Below, in pieces: positions 1-8,206 of a DNA stretch of 58,618 nucleotides. A program made the translations under genes and the position numbers. Origin of the DNA: Candidatus Finniella inopinata (GTDB lineage: Bacteria > Pseudomonadota > Alphaproteobacteria > Paracaedibacterales > VGCI01). Below the pieces are notes generated by a model. That model saw nothing but the letters and a program-made list of their open reading frames with translations, had not been told where the DNA came from and ran no database searches. How positions within the stretch are numbered: the first letter of the stretch is position 1; every line of letters starts with the position of its first letter. Location of the stretch: contig CAMCRD010000002.1 of the NCBI GenBank assembly GCA_945877185.1, forward strand, positions 1 to 58,618. The letters are read 5' to 3'.

Positions 1-116
1 GGGTGGATTGAGAAGTGTTTTGATATCTTTTGAGTAAGGGGATTTAGTTTCATTATTTTAGAATCCTTTCTTTGATGAGGAGCGATTCCAAAATGTAAGC
101 TATTTCTCCTTACCTC

Positions 117-536
117 TCAATACGTTGCTAAAAGTGACGGGTAGTGAGCCCAGCTAGTTGCTTTTTCTGTCATGGTATTTTCTTCAAACGGCAGAAAAAT
201 ACACAATGACTGGGGCATACAGCCAAAATTCATAATCTCACCACAAAGGTCAGGATGGATGTTAATATTAATTTCCTGAGTAAAATCCTTTGAGGGGATA
301 CGATAATGAATATACGCACTCACCAGCCCTTCCCAGCTCTTAGAGGTTCGCGCTAGAACAACATTTTCTTTGATTGTCAGCCAATCGTTTATGATAAAGA
401 TCTGCTCATTTGGTAGGGCATTAAAACTATCCCCTAACCCATTACCTTTACCTTCATATTTATCGTCCATTGCTATGGCGTTTCCCAACAATCCTATTGC
501 CAAAAATCCATATTTAAAAAATTTACTTAATTTCAT
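117..536 (-). CDS. Hypothetical exported protein with F-box-like motif (139 aa)
   Basis: ORF track. Hydrophobic N-terminal leader ends AIA|MDD. Residues ~40-72, ALPNEQIFIINDWLTIKENVVLARTSKSWEGLV, fit the F-box pattern LPxE..I...L......L..SKxW..LV. The gene is AT-rich with AT-rich flanks. Confidence 0.6.
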   Translation of the reverse strand: MKLSKFFKYGFLAIGLLGNAIAMDDKYEGKGNGLGDSFNALPNEQIFIINDWLTIKENVVLARTSKSWEGLVSAYIHYRIPSKDFTQEININIHPDLCGEIMNFGCMPQSLCIFLPFEENTMTEKATSWAHYPSLLATY

Positions 537-825
537 TTAAATCCTCTTTAATTTTAATAGTTAATATATTTCATGAAAATTTATAAAATTTCACTTTCAA
601 AATAATGATTTATAATTTCATAAAATATATATTAGATAAGCCATACATAAGGATTTATAGATATAATTACAAGTTGTTTTTTCAATTTTTTAAAAATAAA
701 AAAATAATAAAATGAAGATATTTATAATCATTAATGAAACATTTTCTGCACAACCACAGTGTCGCCTCATAACTTTTTTTCGATTTTCCTAGAAATTTAC
801 CCCCCATATAGAGTATCAAAGGGGT

Positions 826-2610
826 ATGAATACAGTTGCTTCCCTTGTCTCTCCCCGCTCCAAAAGCCATGAATTGGGGCGGCGTATTTTTCATGAGCAT
901 ATTCGCCCTTATGGGCGACTTTTTGGCATCGCCCTCATTTTGATGATCCTGGCAGCGCTTTCAACGTCTGCGTTGCCTTATCTGCTTCAACCCGTATTTG
1001 ATGAGGTCTTTACCCACGGAACGCCCCAATTGCTCATGTTTGTGTGTGGCGGCATCTTTTTAGCCTTCGTTGTAAAAGGTGCCACGTCCTTCGGTGAGGC
1101 GGTCATCATGACCTATGTGGGGCAACGTATTATTTCGGATTTGCAAAATCGCCTATTTAGCCACTTGATGCACCTTGATTTAGCCTATTTTCACGGAACC
1201 TCATCCGGCGATTTATTGTCCCGCTTCACCAATGATGTTAACCTGATGCGTAACGCTGTTGCCACAACCCTGGTTGGGTTCGGCAAAGATTCTTTTACCT
1301 TAATTTTCCTTATCTCCCTCATGTTTTATCGGGACTGGGCCTTAGCTTGCATCGCTTTTTTCATTTTTCCCCTCGCTGTTCTTCCCATTCTCCGCATTGG
1401 GCGCCGCATGCGTAAAGTCGCCAACAACACCCAAGAAGAACTCGCTAGCTTTACAGGCCGCTTAACCCAGGTTTTTCAAGGCATACGCGTGATTAAAGCC
1501 TATGGAACAGAAGCATATGAGTCGAAGCGCGCTCATACCATGATCGAGCGCATTTTTGCGCTGGTCTACAAATCATCCCGTGTCCGTTCCGCCTCCCACC
1601 CTATTATTGAAAGCCTTGGGGGTATGGCCATTGTGATTGTCATCGCCTATGGGGGATGGCAAGTCATGCATCACGCCCGAACAACAGGCGAATTTATGTC
1701 CTTTATTCTAGCCCTCCTGTTGGTGTATGAACCCCTAAAACGCCTCAGTAACCTAAACGCCAATTTACAAGAAGGCTTGGCCGCAGCCGCCCGTGTTTTT
1801 GCCATTGTCGATACGCCCGCGACGATCCAAGACCGTCCTGAAGCCAAACCTCTTCCCCCCATTGAAGGACATATTGAATTCCGGAATGTGCGTTTTTCAT
1901 ATCCTGACGGGAAGGTTGCCTTAGATGGCATCAACCTCAAAATCAAGAACGCCCACTCGATTGCCCTGGTTGGCGCGAGTGGTGCTGGAAAATCCACCAT
2001 TATCAACCTAATTCCCCGATTTTATGATAGCCAAAAAGGGGAGATCCTTATTGATAGCATTGATATTCGGGATGTCACGCTTAAATCATTACGTCAGCAA
2101 ATCGCGCTTGTGAGTCAAGAAATTATGCTCTTCGACACCACCATCCGGGATAATATTGCCTATGGATCCTTTGAGGCGTCGGATGCGGATATTATTGCAG
2201 CCGCAACGGCCGCCGCCGCTCATGAGTTTATCGAAGCACTTCCCAAGGGCTACCACACGACGATTGGGGAAAACGGGGTTAAGCTTTCGGGCGGCCAACG
2301 GCAGCGCATTGCGATCGCCCGGGCCATGCTCAAAAATGCGCCGATTCTCTTACTTGATGAAGCCACATCCGCCTTGGATACGGATTCGGAACGGCAAGTC
2401 CAAGCCGCCCTTAAGATTCTTATGGAAGGACGCACAACTTTAATGGTCGCTCATCGTTTGTCCACGGTCGTAGAAGCCGACAAGATTTATGTCTTGGATC
2501 AGGGGAGAATTATCGAGAGTGGCAACCACCAGACTCTCCTTGAAAGCAATGGGATATACGCCAACCTTTGGCAAGCGCAATCCACGCTGCCAACTTCAGA
2601 AGCTGCGTAA
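826..2610 (+). CDS. msbA: ABC transporter, fused permease/ATPase, MsbA-like lipid A/lipid exporter (594 aa)
   Basis: Six-TM N-terminal half, then Walker A GASGAGKST, signature LSGGQRQRIAIARA and Walker B ILLLDEATSALD. It sits immediately upstream of a DUF374 gene, as in LPS-core loci. Confidence 0.88.
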   Translation: MNTVASLVSPRSKSHELGRRIFHEHIRPYGRLFGIALILMILAALSTSALPYLLQPVFDEVFTHGTPQLLMFVCGGIFLAFVVKGATSFGEAVIMTYVGQRIISDLQNRLFSHLMHLDLAYFHGTSSGDLLSRFTNDVNLMRNAVATTLVGFGKDSFTLIFLISLMFYRDWALACIAFFIFPLAVLPILRIGRRMRKVANNTQEELASFTGRLTQVFQGIRVIKAYGTEAYESKRAHTMIERIFALVYKSSRVRSASHPIIESLGGMAIVIVIAYGGWQVMHHARTTGEFMSFILALLLVYEPLKRLSNLNANLQEGLAAAARVFAIVDTPATIQDRPEAKPLPPIEGHIEFRNVRFSYPDGKVALDGINLKIKNAHSIALVGASGAGKSTIINLIPRFYDSQKGEILIDSIDIRDVTLKSLRQQIALVSQEIMLFDTTIRDNIAYGSFEASDADIIAAATAAAAHEFIEALPKGYHTTIGENGVKLSGGQRQRIAIARAMLKNAPILLLDEATSALDTDSERQVQAALKILMEGRTTLMVAHRLSTVVEADKIYVLDQGRIIESGNHQTLLESNGIYANLWQAQSTLPTSEAA

Positions 2611-2615
2611 AATCG

Positions 2616-3299
2616 ATGAGATGGTTGCGCCACCTTTTAAGATCTGAATTCTCCTATCGTTTCTTCGCATTTCTTGCCGCAACTTATATCCGCTTGGTTT
2701 TTTTCACTTGCAAATGGAACGTGCTCGGTAAAGAAATCCCTGAATCCTATATCCAGGCTAAAAAACCTTTCATTGTTTGCTTTTGGCATGGTCGCTTAGG
2801 CATGCTCGCGTGTGCTTGGACGTGGAAAAACCACCCCTTTCGCATGTTGATGTCCACCCATCGGGATGGTCTGCTCATTGCCAAAACCGTTGGACATTTT
2901 GGCATTACGTGGGTCGCTGGTTCCACGCAACGGGGTGGCACAGAGGCCCTTCGGGGGTTAATCAAAACCTTACGTAAGGGAGAAACCATCGGCATCACCC
3001 CGGACGGCCCCCGCGGCCCATCTCAAGTGGCCAGCATTGGCGTCATTACCCTTGCAAAATTAGCGAAAGTAGACATGGTTCCCATCACCTTCTCCACCTC
3101 GCGCCGACATCGCCTCAAGACCTGGGATCGCTTTCACCTGCCCTTTCCCTTTGGTCGGGGTCTGTTTTTATGGGGTGATCCCATCTCTCCTCCAACAAGC
3201 GGCGATGAAACAGAAATGGAAAAAACCCGTCAACTCCTTGAAACAAAGATGACAGACCTTCAAAATAAAGCAGACGAACTGATGGGGTTAGGCAGATAA
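2616..3299 (+). CDS. DUF374-type lysophospholipid acyltransferase family protein
   Basis: Motifs FWHGRL ... ITPDGPRGP are typical of DUF374/LPLAT. I moved the start from the ORF-track 2568 to the ATG at 2616 (MRWLRHLL), 6 nt after the msbA stop, which removes the overlap. Confidence 0.8.
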   Translation: MRWLRHLLRSEFSYRFFAFLAATYIRLVFFTCKWNVLGKEIPESYIQAKKPFIVCFWHGRLGMLACAWTWKNHPFRMLMSTHRDGLLIAKTVGHFGITWVAGSTQRGGTEALRGLIKTLRKGETIGITPDGPRGPSQVASIGVITLAKLAKVDMVPITFSTSRRHRLKTWDRFHLPFPFGRGLFLWGDPISPPTSGDETEMEKTRQLLETKMTDLQNKADELMGLGR

Positions 3300-3429
3300 A
3301 AAATTAAGGCCATTTTAGTAAAATTAACCCTTTACTCCGTCTAAAAAATAAATATAATCCTACTGGTTAATTTGTAGAGGTTATCAAATGATTTATGGTT
3401 TAAAAATTAGTAGGAAAGAAATAATAAAA

Positions 3430-3957
3430 ATGGACTTAAAAAAATATTCCAATATGTATGGATTTATCGTGGTTTTCTTGCTTGGCAGTACCATAGCAAT
3501 GGAAAAAGATAGTAATAATGGTAACGCATTGAAGACTTTCAGGTGTCCCACTATAGAGGAAATTCACGCCTGTGCAACAGAGATGAAAAGGTCACCTTCT
3601 TGGGAGCCTTATACAGCAACGCGATTCACTTTGAATACAAAGGAAGGAGTAATTTTTAAACCTTCGCTTAGTCTGGGAGATATAAATAAGAATACTGTTC
3701 AAAGGGCATTAAACTTAACAAAATACAGTGAAACCTGGTGCGTTGAGAAAAACGGATCCTTAAAGAAAATTCTCTTTCGATATTTTCCTGATAATGGTCA
3801 GGACCTCATCCTAAAAGTTGATTTAAAAGAAATAAGAATTGATCCTAAAAATATTTCTTATCCTATAAATCATTCTGAAAGGATTTCTACTAGCGCAGGT
3901 GGTACTAAATATATAATTTTTAATGATCCAAGCCTTATATTCACCATTAGTGAGTAA
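3430..3957 (+). CDS. Hypothetical exported protein (175 aa from internal ATG)
   Basis: ORF track 3388..3957. The internal ATG at 3430 gives the leader MDLKKYSNMYGFIVVFLLGSTIA|MEKD. The gene is low-GC. Its leader is paralogous to that of ORF 117..536. Confidence 0.55.
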   Translation: MDLKKYSNMYGFIVVFLLGSTIAMEKDSNNGNALKTFRCPTIEEIHACATEMKRSPSWEPYTATRFTLNTKEGVIFKPSLSLGDINKNTVQRALNLTKYSETWCVEKNGSLKKILFRYFPDNGQDLILKVDLKEIRIDPKNISYPINHSERISTSAGGTKYIIFNDPSLIFTISE

Positions 3958-3971
3958 GATTTAGATCCTGG

Positions 3972-3998
3972 ATACCACCAGTTAACCGCTGGTGGTAT
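3972..3998 (+). terminator. Hairpin downstream of 3430..3957 (10-bp perfect stem ataccaccag/ctggtggtat, 7-nt loop)
   Basis: Inverted repeat read directly from the sequence, 14 nt after the stop codon. The following tract is A/T-rich but not a clean U-run. Confidence 0.35.
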
Positions 3999-4126
3999 AT
4001 ATATTATCTCAATAAAAATCAGTTTTCAAAAATTTTTCCTTGAAATAGAAAAATAAATATCTACATATGAAACATAACAATTATATTTAATTTTAACAAC
4101 CGCCGCATACCTGGAGATTTTGAAAT

Positions 4127-6358
4127 ATGAATTTTATTAGAAAAAATACTTTATTTTTGTCTATGCTGATTAGCACATCATTGTGCAGTTTAAATGCGAT
4201 GGAGGGTGATATAGACCCGTCAAAAGAGACATCTGCATCCATTATAAAGTCCCAAGATTTGGCATATTGTACTTCAGTGTATGCCGATCTTATTACAAAA
4301 AATGAAACTCTCGCTCAACTTAAGGGTTCTTTAGAAGAGTCAAAAAAAAATTTTGAAATAACCAAAGAGCGTTTAGCAAAATTTCCAGAAAATAGTAACT
4401 TAAGGGCTTTGTATAATCAATATTTGGAAGAGTTTAGTGAATCAAAATCTAATTATGTAAGGTTCTACGAAACCCTTTTTGTTAAATTTAAAGAAATATG
4501 TAATAAGGAAGGGTTTGCGTATCTCTGCTCTCAATTCATAGGGAAGGACATAACGGCGAAGGAGGAAGTAAGTGCACCTCTGTCTGGAGCAATTAACAAT
4601 CCTTTTAAAAAGGCTTGGGCTATAGTCGATGCAAATGAGGATAAAGAGGAAGCAGGAAAGTTATTTAAACAATTAATCGGACTACATCCTTATGCTGCAC
4701 AAGGGCTAGTCCGCTGTTCAACTGACAAGAAAGAGATTGAATTCGCCTTGTTAGAATCCATTAGAGTAAAATTAGCTGTTGGAAATGAAACTGGACTTTT
4801 GGGAGACCTCGAACTCTTGTGTGAACATCAAAATACGAGAGATGTAAATCTCTTGCTTCGAGCTGCCCAATACTACAGAAACCAATTTGATAAAAGCAAA
4901 AATCCTATGATGGTTTATAATGCTCTTCGCATTGGTACAATGATGCCCAAATGCCAAGAGGGTACTTTACTTCTAAACCAAATAGCCTCGTTAAATATCG
5001 TATCGAACGATAATTCTCAAACTATTATAGATAACCAAATATGTTATGGCTTTGTGAATCTTTGTAGAAATCAAGAAAATATTGATAACCTTAATGTATT
5101 TTTAAAAAATAATAATTTTGAAGGTGAATGGTCGTCATATAAAGATCAGCGGTTCTTTGCCCAACAACTTGAAAATACAGAAAATGATCAAGAGCTTTGG
5201 GCACATAGGGCAAACTTAAATGTTCTACAAACAATTAGTAGTTCTTCAAATTATTCAGATGGAATTCGCCTTCTTGCTGCTAAAATTAGATTTCATGCTA
5301 TAGAAAACAAAAATTTTGACACATACTTTGACTACTACAAAATACTTAAACAATTCAATCAATTAGAGCGTAGTAAATACCTTGGGATTTTACATAAAGT
5401 AGCTGATAGTAATATTCATACGCATCCTGATCAACTTTATAAGATCGCTACTGAATTGGGTTATTTTCCTGCTACCTTGCCAATGTTTATGAAAGCTGCT
5501 GATGCTGGCTACAAAGAAGCCCTGTCAGCAATTGAGTCTCATGATATCTTTCTAACGACTGAAGATTCGTGGGGATTGGCTCTCTTCTTTGCAAGGCACA
5601 ACAGCGTAAAAGGCATACAAAATCTTTACAAAACAAGTCATAACAATGCTCTTCTTGTTATTGCAAAAGAATTAGAGGAGCGCTCTCACTCACTGGACAC
5701 AGTTGGCATCACCGAAGCATACCTCCCTTTGCTCGATCTTGAATATGAAGAGCGCAAAGCAAAAACAATGAAACTTGAAGAGCACATTCGTAAATTGGAA
5801 AAAATGGTAAGGTCAATTAATTCTGCGCAACCAGATTTCTATGACAGGAATCGCCTTGTTGTGACGTATCAATATCGACCTACAATTGCTGAAACTTCTG
5901 TCACAAAGAGAAATATTCAAGATGATCTGAACACTTCAAAACTAAGCCTCGAGCAAAATCAAAATTGGCTCGAGATGTATGATTTTAAAAGACAACAACT
6001 AATTGAAAGCATTCCTGCTGAAAATCTTTTCAGTTTAGCAAAAGAAAACCTTCTCATTTATCAGGCCCTAAATACGAGATTAGGAAATGGCCACGAGAAA
6101 ACTAAAATTCTAAAAGATACATACTTTGAAATTCTGAAAATAGCAGCTCAGCATTCTCAAGAAGCAAATAATGAGCTAAAAGATATAGAAACCAATGGAT
6201 TCAGTTGGCCGCTATACGTCCTTCCTTCGGAAGCATCACGTCTCGAGGGTCTTGAAGAATTCAAAGAGCTTGATAAGCCTATTAAAGAGTCTTTTTTGAA
6301 ACAACTATACTCTAATAAACCCATCCTTATTTCCTTTAATGAGAAGCAAGGAAGTTAA
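4127..6358 (+). CDS. Large hypothetical exported protein, helical/coiled-coil rich (743 aa)
   Basis: ORF track. Leader MNFIRKNTLFLSMLISTSLCSLNA|MEGD. Very AT-rich coding sequence. K/E/L/N-rich segments and one Sel1-like stretch (MKAADAGYKEALSAIE). I recognise no catalytic motif. Confidence 0.7.
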   Translation: MNFIRKNTLFLSMLISTSLCSLNAMEGDIDPSKETSASIIKSQDLAYCTSVYADLITKNETLAQLKGSLEESKKNFEITKERLAKFPENSNLRALYNQYLEEFSESKSNYVRFYETLFVKFKEICNKEGFAYLCSQFIGKDITAKEEVSAPLSGAINNPFKKAWAIVDANEDKEEAGKLFKQLIGLHPYAAQGLVRCSTDKKEIEFALLESIRVKLAVGNETGLLGDLELLCEHQNTRDVNLLLRAAQYYRNQFDKSKNPMMVYNALRIGTMMPKCQEGTLLLNQIASLNIVSNDNSQTIIDNQICYGFVNLCRNQENIDNLNVFLKNNNFEGEWSSYKDQRFFAQQLENTENDQELWAHRANLNVLQTISSSSNYSDGIRLLAAKIRFHAIENKNFDTYFDYYKILKQFNQLERSKYLGILHKVADSNIHTHPDQLYKIATELGYFPATLPMFMKAADAGYKEALSAIESHDIFLTTEDSWGLALFFARHNSVKGIQNLYKTSHNNALLVIAKELEERSHSLDTVGITEAYLPLLDLEYEERKAKTMKLEEHIRKLEKMVRSINSAQPDFYDRNRLVVTYQYRPTIAETSVTKRNIQDDLNTSKLSLEQNQNWLEMYDFKRQQLIESIPAENLFSLAKENLLIYQALNTRLGNGHEKTKILKDTYFEILKIAAQHSQEANNELKDIETNGFSWPLYVLPSEASRLEGLEEFKELDKPIKESFLKQLYSNKPILISFNEKQGS

Positions 6359-6438
6359 TGGGGGTGGGCTTGGGTCAGTTCCCGTTAAGTTATTGAATGT
6401 ACTTATGATTTCAACGATAGAATAAAGAGAGGTAAAAA

Positions 6439-7392
6439 ATGAAAAATTATCTAAGAATGTGTCTACAAAGTTTCATTATGATAATGACTATATCTACATC
6501 CTGGGCTTCTACTTATGTAGATGAAGAAGCAGCAGATAATGGATTGCGCAGAGGAGATGAGCCTTTTACACGCTCAACTGGTATATTTAATATTAATGCC
6601 AATCCAATAAAACCCTTAATGATAGATAATCAATCTTTGGGTGTTAATGATTTCGTAGACTTAAAATTTAATGGCGTGTTAATTCACCCATCACTCGTGT
6701 TAACATGTCGGCATTCTATCAAAGGAAACAAGTATAACTCCATCGCTGGATCTTTCTGGTTGACTCCTGACGCAGGAAAAGCTTGGGAAGACACAATGGA
6801 TAGAGAGACATCTGCAGAACGCCGAGGATATTTACAACAATTTTCTTGTCAATTGGATTTGGACCATATTTATTTACCCGCAGATGAAGCGATAGATTTA
6901 GCTATTGTTCGACTCACCCGCCCTCTCCACACGATAACGTGCTTATCCCTCCTTTTGGATAAGCCTAAAAGAGATTGGTCCAATGGCTACTTTGTCAGCT
7001 ATGCGCCAGTTTACTCTCTGACAAATCCTAATACGATACTCTCACAAAATAAACGCCACATTGCAATTATGGATATAGCAGAAGATAACTCTAGCTTCTC
7101 AGAGCCGTATCTTATATCAAAATGGCAATTAGAGGGTGATCTGTTTAATCCTTTGAATCGTAAATTTATCCCCCAAGAAGGAATGCACAAGCTAAAGGCG
7201 TTTACCCAAGAAAGCGATAGCGGTGCAGCGTTTATTGTCAAATCAAAAGAACAATATTATGTTGCTGGCATACATCGAGGCCGTATGGTTGCTGGGGAAT
7301 CTTTAGGTGAGGTTGCGACGCTGATCACCCCGCTTTATCCACATAAAGAATGGATAACCGAAATTCTAGCTTCTGTGAACAACAATTTATAA
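6439..7392 (+). CDS. Divergent trypsin-like (S1/chymotrypsin-fold) serine protease, exported (317 aa)
   Basis: Leader ends TSWA|STY. Candidate triad in the canonical order and spacing: LVLTCRHS (His92), IDLAIVRL (Asp153), ESDSGAAF (Ser261). Confidence 0.65.
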   Translation: MKNYLRMCLQSFIMIMTISTSWASTYVDEEAADNGLRRGDEPFTRSTGIFNINANPIKPLMIDNQSLGVNDFVDLKFNGVLIHPSLVLTCRHSIKGNKYNSIAGSFWLTPDAGKAWEDTMDRETSAERRGYLQQFSCQLDLDHIYLPADEAIDLAIVRLTRPLHTITCLSLLLDKPKRDWSNGYFVSYAPVYSLTNPNTILSQNKRHIAIMDIAEDNSSFSEPYLISKWQLEGDLFNPLNRKFIPQEGMHKLKAFTQESDSGAAFIVKSKEQYYVAGIHRGRMVAGESLGEVATLITPLYPHKEWITEILASVNNNL

Positions 7393-7454
7393 TTTGGTAT
7401 TTAACAATAGGCCCCTACCTTTAAAGATAGGGGGGACTGCACAAGCAACCTCCC

Positions 7455-7629
7455 CTATTTGCCTAAAATTTCTTGCAAAAAACCGCTCGATAGTCTCTTC
7501 ATAAACCGATGCATCTCCTCAACCGCAATGTGTTCATCGACCTGATGGGCTGTTGCGCTTACTAAGCCAAATTCAATGACAGGGCAAAAGATCTTTCATA
7601 AAGCGTGCATCGGACGTGCTGTCAATGGT
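7455..7629 (-). pseudogene. dapE: C-terminal remnant of dapE (succinyl-diaminopimelate desuccinylase), frameshifted and 5'-truncated
   Basis: My translation of the minus strand gives TIDSTSDARFMKD, then a 1-nt frameshift, then (F)CPVIEFGLVSATAHQVDEHIAVEEMHRFMKRLSSGFLQEILGK*. This matches the conserved DapE/ArgE C-terminus (GGTSDARF..CPV.EFG....HK.DE). There is no upstream body of the gene. Confidence 0.6.
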
Positions 7630-7804
7630 CATTGAATGCCTTTTTTCCGATTTCAAATCTCGGGGTTTCTCCATCACCAAGACCCATCTGGTGCATGCAG
7701 ATCGCATAGAAAGGCTGATACTGGTGCTTACTATAGCTCTTTATTGGGCTGTATCAACAGGCATGCAACCAAGAATTAATGCCAAGGCTACTAAAAAAAA
7801 CTAA
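7616..7804 (+). mobile_element. C-terminal remnant of a DDE transposase (IS4-like)
   Basis: The ORF translates to IECLFSDFKSRGFSITKTHLVHADRIERLILVLTIALYWAVSTG. This resembles the conserved C-terminal block of IS4-family transposases. The N-terminal approx. 300 aa are absent, and it abuts the dapE remnant. Confidence 0.5.
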
Positions 7805-7825
7805 ACCGATCTTTGGTTTCTTGGT

Positions 7826-7924
7826 TTGGCGGGAGCGAACGACGTGGTAGCCCCAAGGGTTAAAAGAAAATAGATTGCCACGTACGCATAGATTCTATGA
7901 GTCTTAAGGGGTGCTCGCAATTGA
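7826..7924. repeat. Degenerate copy of the palindromic MITE-like element
   Basis: Left arm ttggcgggagcgaacgacgtggtagcc and right arm agattgccacgtacgc...gtgctcgcaattga align with mismatches and indels to the arms attgcgaggagcgaagcgacgtggcaatcc / ggattgccacgtcgcttcgctcctcgcaatg of the intact copies. Confidence 0.35.
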
Positions 7925-8206
7925 AATTTTTTAATTCTATCTATTCCTTGATCACAAGTTGGTTAAACTTTCAGGTTTATAGAGTAGAAATTATATTATA
8001 TATTAATTAACTAAAATTCAGAAAAATGAATTTAAAAAATTGACAAAATATAATTATTAATATATAAAATAATGATATTTATAAAAAAAGAACTTGAATT
8101 TTTCTGCGTAAGGTCTTTTAAAAACCTTTCAAAAATTAGAATTTTTCTATGGTTTTTTCTTTATAATTTATTACCTAAACCTAAACAACGAACAGAGGAA
8201 TCTATA

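Noticed and set aside
682-900. 72-aa ORF overlapping the msbA start on the opposite strand; also 25446-25670, 27198-27512 and 37214-37465 in intergenic or promoter regions
   Set aside because: They are short, sit in AT-rich promoter regions or overlap real gene starts, and have no RBS or recognisable motif. They are most likely non-coding.
1671-2006. Long antisense or alternative-frame ORFs embedded in strongly supported genes (for example 1671-2006, 10139-10489, 10730-11107, 20133-20429, 21762-22055, 41494-41823, 54381-54740)
   Set aside because: They lie entirely within, or overlap, well-recognised conserved genes. Their composition is biased and low-complexity (R/P/S/A-rich), typical of off-frame translation, and they have no RBS or family motif.
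8072-8206. Upstream extension of the LRR gene (ORF-track start 8072)
   Set aside because: The extension is AT-rich, low-complexity (FLWFFLYNLLPKPK) and lacks an RBS. The ATG at 8207 has an agagga RBS and starts a proper signal peptide.
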